Shown: positions 31,071 to 41,933, counted from the stretch's first letter. The stretch is 64,000 nt of DNA from Promethearchaeota archaeon (GCA_019058245.1 JAHPZJ010000013.1:329166-393165), one strand, 5' to 3'. Made by a program: numbers and translations. Notes: generated by a model not told the origin, from the letters alone.

Positions 31071-31322
31071 TTAGATTTTAGAAGAATTTTGTAATTTTTT
31101 GAAATAATGATGGATGTTCTTATCACTTGAAATTTTATCTGTTCCTTTTTCCTCAGAAACATAAATTTTTAGTAGACTCGTTTTTTGTTTTAAATTCTCA
31201 CTAACTTCTCTTACAACTTGTGTGTATAATCGTACGTAGGGATCTATCGGCATTGAATGTTCTTTATTATCGGTTTGATTGAATTTATCCTTTTCCTCTT
31301 TCATATCTCTTTTTTTTGTCAT
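31071..31322 (-). CDS. Small hypothetical protein (83 aa)
   Basis: Non-overlapping ORF with an ATG start. No recognisable motif. Confidence 0.4.
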   Translation of the reverse strand: MTKKRDMKEEKDKFNQTDNKEHSMPIDPYVRLYTQVVREVSENLKQKTSLLKIYVSEEKGTDKISSDKNIHHYFKKLQNSSKI

Positions 31323-31646
31323 AATTAGTTATAATTTTTATTGTGAATTCAATTGATTCAAATAAAATCCGTATAATTCTCTATGTAACTTAATTTCAAA
31401 TTCATCTTATTAATGAGTCTGGTAAATTTTTGAAATAAAAATGAGTTAAAAGTTATTTTTGATTATTTTACTTTATCCTTAGTAATATAATAGTAAAATC
31501 CAATTATTTTTAATTAAGTATGTGAATGAGAATATCTTTATCTTAGTTGCAAAAGAATATTTTCCTTATTTTAATCTAAAAATAATTATTTTTATATGTA
31601 TTAAAGCTTCTTCTCTTGAATTAGGCAAAGAAAATTATAAGCTCTA

Positions 31647-32303
31647 TTATACTGAGAAAAAATCTTCATGTAAAAAATATAATATTCTTTTAGATACTTT
31701 TTTTTCAAAAGTAATGTGAACTTGTGTTAGCAACTCTAGGTATTTAGCCACAGTATTAATATGCATTTTTAATTCTTTTGAAAGTTGAGTTTTTGTAATT
31801 CCATAATCAAATTTTTTCAAATATTCAATTATTTCCCTGCTTTTTTCTTTTGATGTTAAATATCTTAACTTTTTGTCTTTAAGATTGTATTTAAAGTCAA
31901 AATAAATATCGTGATTCTCTATTTTCACTGTTTTTACAAAATTAAATTTTAATAGAATTTTAAGATGCCATACAACCACATGATTACTAATCTTGAGCTC
32001 TCGAATGATTCTATTGAAATAAACTCCTGGATTTAATACAATAAATTCATAAATGAGTTTTCTTTTTTGATTTTTTAAGATATCTTCCCTTGACAATTTT
32101 GAACCTTCAACAATTATCTTTTTTCTAACTAAAGATCTCAAAATTTCCTCGATACCACTTATATTAATGTTTCTTGAAGCTGTTCTAAATCGAGTAATAA
32201 TAAAAGGAATAATTTCATTTATATTGAAATATCTATTTTTGTCTAAATATTCCTTAACAACATCTAAAACGAGTTTTTCCTGTTCTAATAATTCAATAAG
32301 CAT
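31647..32303 (-). CDS. Multi winged-helix transcriptional regulator (ArsR/HVO_0163-like)
   Basis: RKLIYEFIVLNPGVYFNRIIREL...VVWHLKIL and a second HTH ITKTQLSKELKMHINTVAKYL. Confidence 0.85.
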   Translation of the reverse strand: MLIELLEQEKLVLDVVKEYLDKNRYFNINEIIPFIITRFRTASRNINISGIEEILRSLVRKKIIVEGSKLSREDILKNQKRKLIYEFIVLNPGVYFNRIIRELKISNHVVVWHLKILLKFNFVKTVKIENHDIYFDFKYNLKDKKLRYLTSKEKSREIIEYLKKFDYGITKTQLSKELKMHINTVAKYLELLTQVHITFEKKVSKRILYFLHEDFFSV

Positions 32304-32335
32304 AACTTAGAAAGCCTCTACTAGTTTCACCTATT

Positions 32336-33676
32336 CTAATATGAGTTTAAATTTGATTTTTCAATCATTTCATCTAGAATAGATTGTCTTTCTTTAGGAG
32401 TCAACGCAAGCATTTCCATAATAAACTCACTTCTATCAACACCCTCCCAATTAAATCGGTTTAATTTTTCAAAAAATTCCTCCGAAATCACAGTTATATT
32501 TATATCCTTTATCAAACTGAGTTTTTCAATAGAATTTTCCATCGTAAGAATCTGGAGAGCTAATTTGCCATCATATGGTTCTTCTTCAATCTCATTTTCA
32601 AATATTTCACCAAGATATGCTTCTCTATCTCTTTTTAACTTTAATGTCGTTCCTCTATGTTTTACATAATAATGTATTACATAAGCAGAGCTTGCAACAA
32701 CTGCTCCAATAACGGATACCAAAACTATAAGAGGTATTAAAGAATCTGGTTTTTCTAAGGGGATTAATAAATTTTCAATTCCTATTTTAGGATCATGATA
32801 TATGTGTTCACCTTTAGGATAAATAAAAAATAATCCTTTTCTATACTCGTGGTGTTCATCTTCAACAATTTTATTTACTCCTATAGTTTCCATATTCTTA
32901 TTAATTATCGCATAATCTTTCCATGAAAAAAATCCAGTAAAATCATTTGTAGTAAAAGTAACTCCACTTTCTTTTTCAGCATAACCTTGCTTTTCATCAT
33001 AAGTTTCTTCTTGTATTTCAAAATCTCCCTCATGTTCTATTCTAGTATAAACCGCAAGTAAAGAATTCTCACCAATAAATTCAAAATTTGAGATTTCAAT
33101 TTGAATCTTAGCTTGAGTGGGATTAATTAAGGAATCTTCAATATATACAAAATCTTCAACAAAATAGATATGTGCTGTAAAAACATTATTTACAGTTTGA
33201 ATTTTAAAGTAATGCAAAGAAGAATCCTCTGAAATATTAGAGGATTCATAAACTACAGATTTAAAATCACTTAATCGGAATGTTTGAATGGTGTGATCAA
33301 TTTGAGGGTCAAAAATTCCATTTTGATTAGTATCATTAAATTCAATGATTGAACGAAATAAAACTCCAAATTCTAATTCCCAATCCGATTCAAGATTAGA
33401 TTTATAATTTAATCCTATATAGAACCCATCTTCATCAAAAAAAATATGACCTTTTATTTCATCTCTATTAATCTCACTTTTTCTGATGGATTCAATTCCA
33501 ATTTCATTTTCACCAATACCTACTTCGATAAATCTTTTATTTTTCTCTTTAAAATCATCATTTATACCATCATCCTGTTCTTTACCTAAAACGCTTATAA
33601 GAGTAATACTTATATTTAAAATCAATATACCTAAAAGAAAAAGACTAATCAAATAATAGTGTTTTTTCATCTTCAA
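32336..33676 (-). CDS. Exported acidic single-pass membrane protein with cytoplasmic C-terminal domain (paralog of 33808..34986)
   Basis: Signal peptide, DTNQNGIFD Ca-binding-like motif, HIYHDPKIG, a TM helix and a roughly 110-aa tail. Confidence 0.8.
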   Translation of the reverse strand: MKMKKHYYLISLFLLGILILNISITLISVLGKEQDDGINDDFKEKNKRFIEVGIGENEIGIESIRKSEINRDEIKGHIFFDEDGFYIGLNYKSNLESDWELEFGVLFRSIIEFNDTNQNGIFDPQIDHTIQTFRLSDFKSVVYESSNISEDSSLHYFKIQTVNNVFTAHIYFVEDFVYIEDSLINPTQAKIQIEISNFEFIGENSLLAVYTRIEHEGDFEIQEETYDEKQGYAEKESGVTFTTNDFTGFFSWKDYAIINKNMETIGVNKIVEDEHHEYRKGLFFIYPKGEHIYHDPKIGIENLLIPLEKPDSLIPLIVLVSVIGAVVASSAYVIHYYVKHRGTTLKLKRDREAYLGEIFENEIEEEPYDGKLALQILTMENSIEKLSLIKDINITVISEEFFEKLNRFNWEGVDRSEFIMEMLALTPKERQSILDEMIEKSNLNSY

Positions 33677-33807
33677 AACCTCATTTATTTAAATTTTATC
33701 CTTAAAACTAAATTCCATTAATTAGATATCCTTATTCTTATTTTTTTAAAGTAATATATAAAAAATAAAAGAAATAAATTTATTCTTTTCAGGGAACCTT
33801 ATTAATT

Positions 33808-34986
33808 CTATCTGATCTTCTTTTTTGAGATAAAAACTCCTATTGCGATAACACTAAGTCCAGCAACACCAGCAATTGGACCGATAATAATCATTGGAAA
33901 TTCCGAGCTACTAATCTCTCCAAGCACAATTCCAATTTTTGGATCATGATAAATATGATTTCCTCGTGGATAGTTGAATAGTAATCTCTGGATTTTATCT
34001 TCTTCTTTTTCAAGTTCAAGTTTATTGGTTAAGACCGGCATTTCAACTCCATCAATCATTGCTGTTTCTTTCCAACTAAAAATTCCTGTATATCCTTCAT
34101 TGTCAGTAAAAATTTCTTTCTCATTTGTAGCTTTTCCAGCTTTTTCATCTTCAGTTTCTTCTTTTTCTTCATAAAAATCCTCGGAAAAGAGTTTTGCGAG
34201 GAGTGCTAATTGAGAATCTTCTTCGATATAATCATAATCAGTAATTTCGATGTCTATTTTAATTTGAGTAGGAGCAACTATATTTCCGTCAAGTATTATA
34301 AATTCCTCTGGAAAATAGATATGAGCTGCAAATACGCCATCTGTTGTATTAATCAAGAAATAATGTAAAAAGCTATCAGTTGAAATGTTTATTCGTTCAT
34401 AAATTACATCTTGAAATGAATTAATCCCATAATCTTCTATAGCTGTATCATTTTCATGCTCAAAAATCCCATTATCATTAAGATCAACATATTCAATCAA
34501 TGCGGGAAATTTCACCTCAAAATTTAATTTTAATTCATGTATCCATTCTTCACAAGTATCCTCATCACCATCTCCACCAGCTATCTCAAGTCCAGATTCA
34601 TCTTCATCTTGAACTGATTCTTCTTCTTCACAATTTACTTTCCTTATAGTTCTAAATGAAACTCTAATATCTAATCCACATTCACTATAACCAATCCTTA
34701 AATCCATGATGTCTTTCTGATCATCAGATCTTTTGATCGAAGCTATTTCAACTACCCCTTCTCCAAACCAAATATCAACATATCTTTTATTTTTTTCTTC
34801 AAAATCATCATCAACACCATCTTCATCAGCATCTTTGGGATTCTCTTCTTTTTCTTCAACTTTTGATTTTTCTTCCTCTTCTTCTCCTTCTTCACCATCA
34901 GCATAAGCTATGTTCATTCCAACACTTACTGTGAATAATAAAATTCCTAAAAAAAACAATCCTATCATATATTGTGTTTTTTTCAT
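33808..34986 (-). CDS. Exported acidic C-terminally anchored surface protein
   Basis: Signal peptide, DADEDGVDDDFEE and DLNDNGIF motifs, HIYHDPKIG, then TM plus KKKIR. Confidence 0.8.
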   Translation of the reverse strand: MKKTQYMIGLFFLGILLFTVSVGMNIAYADGEEGEEEEEKSKVEEKEENPKDADEDGVDDDFEEKNKRYVDIWFGEGVVEIASIKRSDDQKDIMDLRIGYSECGLDIRVSFRTIRKVNCEEEESVQDEDESGLEIAGGDGDEDTCEEWIHELKLNFEVKFPALIEYVDLNDNGIFEHENDTAIEDYGINSFQDVIYERINISTDSFLHYFLINTTDGVFAAHIYFPEEFIILDGNIVAPTQIKIDIEITDYDYIEEDSQLALLAKLFSEDFYEEKEETEDEKAGKATNEKEIFTDNEGYTGIFSWKETAMIDGVEMPVLTNKLELEKEEDKIQRLLFNYPRGNHIYHDPKIGIVLGEISSSEFPMIIIGPIAGVAGLSVIAIGVFISKKKIR

Positions 34987-35349
34987 TAAATTTTCTCTAT
35001 TTATATAATTTTACCTAAATTGGTTTAATATCATAATTTTTATGCTATTATTTAAAATAAAATGGTAAATTTTTGAATATATTTAAGATGTAAATAAGAC
35101 ATTAACTTTAGACTGACTTCATTTTTATAAAATGGATTATAAAATTATCCGAGTTCATATATAGGAAAGAGTTATATAATTTATATAAGAAAAAAAGAAT
35201 TATATTTATAACAAACAATATTAAATCTTTTATTATTATTGCGATAACCTTTTAGATCTCATTAAATTGAATTATAAAATATATCTAATGAATATCATAC
35301 TATAGGATAAATTTGTTCTATTTAAACATTAAATCAATAAAAAGAATAT

Positions 35350-35433
35350 TGGAGCCAGCGGTGGGATTTGCACCCACGATGCTGAAAGCAACGGCTCTGC
35401 AGGCCGCCTCCTTAACTACTAGGATACGCTGGC
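35350..35433 (-). tRNA. tRNA-Cys(GCA) with encoded CCA and a 13-nt variable arm
   Basis: Minus strand reads GCCAGCG TA TCCT-AGTAGTTA-AGGA G GCGGC-CTGCAGA-GCCGT TGCTTTCAGCATC GTGGG-TGCAAAT-CCCAC CGCTGGC T CCA. All four stems pair and the discriminator is U73. Confidence 0.93.
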
Positions 35434-35782
35434 TTTAAATTATAATTTTTATTAAAGAAAATTTTTACTATTTATTTATGTATAGATTTATTATGGATTT
35501 TTATTTAGTTTTTCCATTATAACTATTATAAAAACATGCAATATAATAATAAATTCGCAATTAAATCTATAAATGCTTAATATACGTATTTAAATTATAA
35601 TTCCCGATTATTTGTTTAAGGAGATTATATATAAAAGAAGCCAATATAGTTAATTGGGTAATGATCAGGGAATGTTAGGAGAAAATATAAATCTAATAGG
35701 AGATTTATAATAAATTAAAGAAAATAATAAATGAATTGAAATTTTAAATTATTCCTAAAAGAAATTTTTTCCTTTCAGTACC

Positions 35783-36811
35783 ATGAATGATGAAAAACTT
35801 GAAAAAGAGAAACAAACTATAGCTCTTGGATTAATATCGGGGGGATTAGATAGCTTAATTGCTTCTCTTATACTAAAATTACAAGATATTAAAATAATTG
35901 GATTAAATTTTACTTCCCCCTTTTGCCAATATAATATGAATTCTGGTCAAAGAGAATGTAATTTAAAAATATTTAAGGAAAAACTCGGAATACAAATAAA
36001 ATATTTACCTTTTGAAGATGACTTTCTGGAAATTATCAAGAATCCTAAATATGGATATGGAAAACATATTAATCCTTGTATTGACTGTAGGATTTATACT
36101 TTAAGGAAAGCAAAAGAATTTAAAAAAAAAATATCAGCTGATTTTATTTTTACTGGTGAAGTTCTTAATCAAAGACCAAAATCCCAACATATAAATGCGT
36201 TAAAGATCGTTGAAAAAGAATCGGATTTAGAGGATAAGCTTCTAAGACCTTTATCAGCGCTTCATTTGAAACCAACAATTTATGAACAACAAGGATTAAT
36301 TGATCGTACAAAATTATTAGGAATTAAAGGAAGAAGTAGAAAGATACAAATGGAAATAGCTAGAAAGTATGGGATACTGAATAATTATTATGCATGTGGA
36401 GGGTGTTTATTAACAGATGAGCATTTTACCAATCGTATGAATGATTATCTTAAATATAATGATCATCTAAAAATGGAGGATATCCATATCTTAAAAATTG
36501 GTCGTCATTTCCGATATAAGAATACAAAGATTATTGTCGGGAGAAATGAATTAGAAAACAATCAATTAATTACTTTTAAAAAACCAGAAGATTTAATTAT
36601 AGAAGCTAAAGATGTTCCTGGACCAATAACAATTGTACAGGGAAAAATCAATAATGTATCATTAAAATATGCCGCAATGTTAACTTTACGCTATTCTGAT
36701 TTAAACCAATTAAGAGGTTATGTTAAGTACGGAACTGATTATAATAATTTGAATAATACTGTTAGTATTGAACTAGAAAAGGATCTGAATTTAAAAAAAT
36801 ACATTTTATAG
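35783..36811 (+). CDS. PP-loop tRNA sulfurtransferase (ThiI/MnmA-like) with C-terminal DUF814-like domain
   Basis: LISGGLDS, NPCIDCR, TGEVLNQRPKSQ, LLRPLSA, GRSRK, GGCLLTD, GRHFR and IVGRNE. Confidence 0.85.
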   Translation: MNDEKLEKEKQTIALGLISGGLDSLIASLILKLQDIKIIGLNFTSPFCQYNMNSGQRECNLKIFKEKLGIQIKYLPFEDDFLEIIKNPKYGYGKHINPCIDCRIYTLRKAKEFKKKISADFIFTGEVLNQRPKSQHINALKIVEKESDLEDKLLRPLSALHLKPTIYEQQGLIDRTKLLGIKGRSRKIQMEIARKYGILNNYYACGGCLLTDEHFTNRMNDYLKYNDHLKMEDIHILKIGRHFRYKNTKIIVGRNELENNQLITFKKPEDLIIEAKDVPGPITIVQGKINNVSLKYAAMLTLRYSDLNQLRGYVKYGTDYNNLNNTVSIELEKDLNLKKYIL

Positions 36812-36963
36812 CACTAATAAATTTCATTTGTACTTGCCTATATACCGAAAATATCATATTAAAATAAGATATAAATAGAAGAACACTTATTTTGGATTTA
36901 GAGTTACAATATTCTAATAATTTTATTTAATTTTCAAATTCATAAGATATTAGTGTTCAGTAT

Positions 36964-39900
36964 ATGATTTCCAAAAAGAATAATCAACTTACTAATTTTA
37001 AAAATATTTTTCCCCATTTAATGAAAACAGTAGATGATTTAATCATCATTGTTTCGATGTATAATTCTTATAAAATTGAATATGTTCATAAAAGTAAATA
37101 TTTAAAAAAATTGGGTTATTCAGATGGTACTTTACAAGGAAAGTCTTTATTTGATCTAGTTGATTTCGGAGAAATCACTCCAGAAACCGACATTTTAGGT
37201 ACTTTAAAAAGCAACGGAAATAATATGGAAGTCAAAGTAATCAATAAAAATGGAAACTTAACTTGGGCATTACTAAAATCGTCTATAATCACTGATGAGC
37301 AAGAGCAACAAAAACTTTTACTCGTTTTGAGAGATATTTCAAGAATTAAAGATTTAGAAATAAAATTAGAAGAATCAGAAAAAAAAATAGAAAGAATTTT
37401 AAAAAATGTTCCAGAAAACAGATATGGGGATAAATTTACACATGAGAAATATCATAATGCACTTAAAGAAAGTGAAGTCCTCCTTAAAACAGCAATAGAA
37501 TCTTTACCATTTGATGTATTTATGATTGATAAAAATGGTTTATATGCTATGCAAAACTCAGTTTGTAAGCAACATTGGGGGGATGTTATAGGGAAACGTC
37601 CTAATGAAGTTGCTAATAACCAAAAAACTCTTGAGGTATGGGAAAATAATAATTCAAGAGCATTTTCTGGTGAACTAGTTACTGGTGAAGAGAGTTTTAA
37701 TATAAATGGTAATATTCATCACTTTTACAATATAATAAATCCAGTATATATTAATAACGAAATTCAATATATCTTTGGAATAAATGTTGATATTACAGAA
37801 AAAAAAGATGCAGAACGAAAACTTCAAGAATCTGAAGAAAAGTTCAGAACGATTGCTGAACAATCATTAATGGGAATATGCATTATCCAAGATTTTGTTA
37901 TTAAATATTCAAATCAGCAAATATCTGAAATCTATGGATATTCATTTGAAGAAATTAAGCAATGGAAACCTAAAGAATTATTAAAAGTAATCCACCCCGA
38001 TTCTAGAGATATGGTTGAGAAGTATTTAAAAAGAAAGCAACAGGAATCAGATGAGATAGCAATACACTATATTACAAAAATAATTACTAAAAATGGGAAT
38101 ATCAGGCATATAGAAAATTATTCAAAACCAATAAGATATCAAGGGAAAATAGCGAACTTAATAATGCAGGTTGATATAACAGCTAGAATAAATGCTGAAC
38201 AAAAAATAGATTCTGCTGAAGAAAAATATCGAAGCATTCTCGAAAATATGATGGATGGATATTATGAAACAGATCTAAATGGTAGGTTGCTTTACGCAAA
38301 TGATGAATTTTGTAATATTTTGGGATATTCAAAAGAAGAGTTAATAGGAAAAAATAATCGATCATTTTATGATAATGAGTCAAGAAAAATTTTATTTGAT
38401 ATATTCTCCCAAATTTATAAAACAGGAATTCCTCGTCCTCCCCTAGGATTAATTAAATTGATGACACTTAAGAAGAAGCTTATCTATTTTGAGGGTACAA
38501 TTGATTTATTGTACGATTCTGAAGGAAAAAAAGTTGGATTTTTTGGTCTTGTTCGTGATGTCACACAAAAGAAAATTGCAGAGCAACAATTAAAAGAATC
38601 TGAAGTAAAATATCGACATTTATATGAAAATTCTCCTAATTCGATTATTTTATTTAATTTGAAAGGAGAAATGCTAGATTGTAATTTAATTACAGAATCT
38701 CTTTCTGGTTTTAAAAGAGAAGAATTAATTGAAAAAAAATATAGAAAAGCTAATTTTATCCATAAAGATTATCTTCCAATTCTTTTAGAAGAATTTAAAT
38801 CGCTTTTAAAAAAGAAAATTATGGGACCATTAGAAATTCAACTCTATACAAAAAAAAGGGTGTTAATATGGGCTAATGTCCAAGCATCATTATTTGATTA
38901 TCAGAATGAAAAAATAATTCAAGTTATCATTCAACCTATTGATGATATAAAAAAAGCAGAAGAAAAATTTAGAAATATTACAGAACAATCGTTAATGGGG
39001 ATATTTGTGCTCCAAAATGGTTTCTTTAGATATTTCAATGATAAAATAGTTGAAATTACTGGTTATACGAGAGAGGAAATGAAAAATTGGGTTCCTTATG
39101 AATTTATGAAACTTGTCCATCCTATAAATAAAGAATTTGTGAGAGAACAAGCACGTAAAAAGCAAGTAGGTGATGCTGATGTTATTGATCAATATAACTT
39201 TAGATTAATTAGAAAAGATGATGAAATTAGATGGATTGAAATTCTTTCGAAATCAATTAATTATGAGGGATCTCCAGCAGATTTAGCAATGATATATGAT
39301 ATTACGGATAAAGTTGAGACTCAGAAAAAATTAAAGGAGTCAGAAGAAAAATATCATTATTTATTTAAAACTTCTCCAGAGGGAGTCATTCTAACAGATT
39401 TAAAAGGAACTATAATAGAATGTAATTCTGCGATTAGAAATATAACAGGATATGCTCCAACAGATCTTATAGGAAAAAGATTCATGGAATTTGATCGATA
39501 TCTTGAAAATGGATTAGAAAAATTACTAGAAGGTTATAGCGATTTATTAGAAGGTAATAAATTAAAACCTCTAGAATTTCCAATTAGAAATAAAGATAAT
39601 CAAATTAGATGGGTTGGGATTAGATCTACTCTGATAACTATGAAAGGTCAATCCTATATTCTAGCTATTATACTTGATATAACAATGCAAAAAGAAACAG
39701 AAAACATTATAAAACGAAATGAAAAAAAATTTCGTGATATATTGGAAACCTCATCTGTAGGGGTAGTTGAATTTGATGTTGTTAATAATAGAATTAAGTA
39801 TATTAATCCAAAACTAATGGAGATAATTGGATATACTGAAAATGAATTAATAGATGAGCAATTTTACAATAAAATAATTCACCCAAAAGATTTACGTAAG

Positions 39901-41283
39901 ATTTTGGAATCAGCTAAAGAATCAGAATTAGAATTTAGGATATTCGATAAATATGGGAAGCTAAAATGGTTATCTGGGAAAAAAATTCCTCACTATGATG
40001 ATAATAAACAATTTATTAGTATGAGAATTTGGGTTGAAGATATAACAGAGAAGAAAATCTATGAAAACTTGATATATGAATTAAATATAAATTTTCTAAG
40101 TTTCACTGCTGATATTAAGAATAATATTCAACTACTACTTAGTACATGTTTAAAATTACTTAATGGAGATTTTATCTTATATATTAAAAAAACAGAATAT
40201 GAAAGAGAGGAATCTTATCAAGTATTAACATCTGACAATAAGTCCTTTAATTGTAATGCCGAATTCTTTGCTAGTAATTTGTTTGCTAGTGCATTGTTTT
40301 ATGAATCGCATGATTTTCCTCAAACCTTTTTTGATATAAATAGAATGAGTTTTGCAAATACAGATCCATTCATAGCAAAATATGATTTAAAAGGATGTTT
40401 TGGAAAATTAATTAAATCACAGAATGACCTAGATAGTGCTGTCTGTGTTTTTTATAGAGAAAATCCTGTTATTAGTAATCAAGATAAATTAGTAATGTTT
40501 TTAATATGTGATGCAATTGAAATTGAACAACGGCGTTGGCAAGTTCAAAAAGGTTTAGAAGAACAAAATATCACATTAAACAAAATAAATAATCTTAAAA
40601 CTGAACTTTTTTCAAGAACTTCACATGAGTTAAAAACGCCTCTCATTTCAATCAAGGGTTTTACAGAACTTTTATTAACACTCCATAAACCTAAATTAGA
40701 TAATGAAATTATATCTATTTTAGGAGAAATTAAAGATGGGAGTACTCGTCTTGAAAAAATTATTAATCTATTATTGGAAAGTACAAAATTAGAAGCAGGG
40801 CAATTAGATTTAAATCTATCCAAGGAGGATTTAAGTTTCTTAATTAATTTTTGTGTTAAAGAATTAAAAGGGTTAGCAAAATTACGAGATCAATCTATTA
40901 TTCTTCAATTACATAATAAATTAGAAACACAATTTGATAAAGAAAGGATTTATGAAGTATTTTCTAATTTACTTGTAAATGCTATTAAATATACACCCCC
41001 TGGAGGAATTATTACTATTAAATCAACCATAAACGATGATTTTTATATAATTTCTGTGAAGGATACCGGAATTGGATTCACTAAAGAGGAAAAAGAACAA
41101 GCTTTCAAACAATTTGGAAAGATAGAGAGATATGGACAAGGTTGGGATGTTTCTATTGAAGGAACAGGTCTTGGGCTTTATATTACAAAAAAGTTGGTAG
41201 AATTGCATGGTGGTAAAATTTGGCTTGAATCCAACGGAAGAAATAAGGGTACTACTTTTTATTTCTCTATACCAAAGAAATAA
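36964..41283 (+). CDS. Cytoplasmic multi-PAS (about 8) plus GAF-like sensor histidine kinase
   Basis: Repeated DIT..K...L.ESEEK.R PAS-PAC junctions. H-box SHELKTPL, N-box NLLVNAIKYT, DTGIG and GTGLGL. Confidence 0.95.
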   Translation: MISKKNNQLTNFKNIFPHLMKTVDDLIIIVSMYNSYKIEYVHKSKYLKKLGYSDGTLQGKSLFDLVDFGEITPETDILGTLKSNGNNMEVKVINKNGNLTWALLKSSIITDEQEQQKLLLVLRDISRIKDLEIKLEESEKKIERILKNVPENRYGDKFTHEKYHNALKESEVLLKTAIESLPFDVFMIDKNGLYAMQNSVCKQHWGDVIGKRPNEVANNQKTLEVWENNNSRAFSGELVTGEESFNINGNIHHFYNIINPVYINNEIQYIFGINVDITEKKDAERKLQESEEKFRTIAEQSLMGICIIQDFVIKYSNQQISEIYGYSFEEIKQWKPKELLKVIHPDSRDMVEKYLKRKQQESDEIAIHYITKIITKNGNIRHIENYSKPIRYQGKIANLIMQVDITARINAEQKIDSAEEKYRSILENMMDGYYETDLNGRLLYANDEFCNILGYSKEELIGKNNRSFYDNESRKILFDIFSQIYKTGIPRPPLGLIKLMTLKKKLIYFEGTIDLLYDSEGKKVGFFGLVRDVTQKKIAEQQLKESEVKYRHLYENSPNSIILFNLKGEMLDCNLITESLSGFKREELIEKKYRKANFIHKDYLPILLEEFKSLLKKKIMGPLEIQLYTKKRVLIWANVQASLFDYQNEKIIQVIIQPIDDIKKAEEKFRNITEQSLMGIFVLQNGFFRYFNDKIVEITGYTREEMKNWVPYEFMKLVHPINKEFVREQARKKQVGDADVIDQYNFRLIRKDDEIRWIEILSKSINYEGSPADLAMIYDITDKVETQKKLKESEEKYHYLFKTSPEGVILTDLKGTIIECNSAIRNITGYAPTDLIGKRFMEFDRYLENGLEKLLEGYSDLLEGNKLKPLEFPIRNKDNQIRWVGIRSTLITMKGQSYILAIILDITMQKETENIIKRNEKKFRDILETSSVGVVEFDVVNNRIKYINPKLMEIIGYTENELIDEQFYNKIIHPKDLRKILESAKESELEFRIFDKYGKLKWLSGKKIPHYDDNKQFISMRIWVEDITEKKIYENLIYELNINFLSFTADIKNNIQLLLSTCLKLLNGDFILYIKKTEYEREESYQVLTSDNKSFNCNAEFFASNLFASALFYESHDFPQTFFDINRMSFANTDPFIAKYDLKGCFGKLIKSQNDLDSAVCVFYRENPVISNQDKLVMFLICDAIEIEQRRWQVQKGLEEQNITLNKINNLKTELFSRTSHELKTPLISIKGFTELLLTLHKPKLDNEIISILGEIKDGSTRLEKIINLLLESTKLEAGQLDLNLSKEDLSFLINFCVKELKGLAKLRDQSIILQLHNKLETQFDKERIYEVFSNLLVNAIKYTPPGGIITIKSTINDDFYIISVKDTGIGFTKEEKEQAFKQFGKIERYGQGWDVSIEGTGLGLYITKKLVELHGGKIWLESNGRNKGTTFYFSIPKK

Positions 41284-41678
41284 TATAAAAATTACTATGG
41301 TTGAAACTAATTTAACATTAAAAGATTTTTAGAGGAAGGTTAAACTTATAATATTAACGCTGGAGCAGGATGAACTATTGATGCACCTTCTTGCATAAAC
41401 AATTATAATTTAGCTTCATCTTTTTAATTTTGATATAGTTTGATAATAATGTTATCTTTTTTCCCCATAATCAAAATTTGGATAATCAGTTCATCTTTTA
41501 TTCAATATATAAAACTATCTAATTTATTATGTAATTATACAAAATCTGCAAATATATTATTAAAACATCGAAGAATTGGACTCCATATATTTTATTATAG
41601 AATCAGGTTATATAATATTTAGAAGAATTTAAGATCAAAAAATCAGAGTATTATGAAAAATATAAAAAATAGTTAGAT

Positions 41679-41933
41679 TTGGTGATAATAATAACTGGAG
41701 ATACAAAAGAAAAAGAAGATTTAGAAGATATTCCAGAAATAAAGAAATATTTTATGAGGATTTACAGTGTTTTATCAAAAGAGATTCGAGATAAATTAAA
41801 GCAGTTAGAGTTAGATAAAGAAAAGAAAAAAAAAATCAAAAAAGAATTAGCATTTCTCCCGAAAGAAAAACAAGTAGAATATTTAGAGGAACTTAATAAT
41901 AAAACGTATAATAGAATAAAATCAAACAACTAA
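41679..41933 (+). CDS. Small charged helical protein (84 aa; start uncertain)
   Basis: Aligns without gaps to the cytoplasmic tail of 32336..33676 (see findings). Confidence 0.6.
   Translation: MVIIITGDTKEKEDLEDIPEIKKYFMRIYSVLSKEIRDKLKQLELDKEKKKKIKKELAFLPKEKQVEYLEELNNKTYNRIKSNN

Noticed and set aside
35350-35433. Extra tRNA nucleotides as a non-canonical intron, or the tRNA as tRNA-Sec or an integration site
   Set aside because: Only 8-9 extra nt and no bulge-helix-bulge evident. The anticodon is GCA with a 7/5 fold. I saw no duplicate 3' end and no integrase.
41284-41678. Possible gene remnant or ncRNA downstream of the histidine kinase, including track ORF 41440..41622
   Set aside because: Only short stop-interrupted fragments, with no recognisable family or stable structure.
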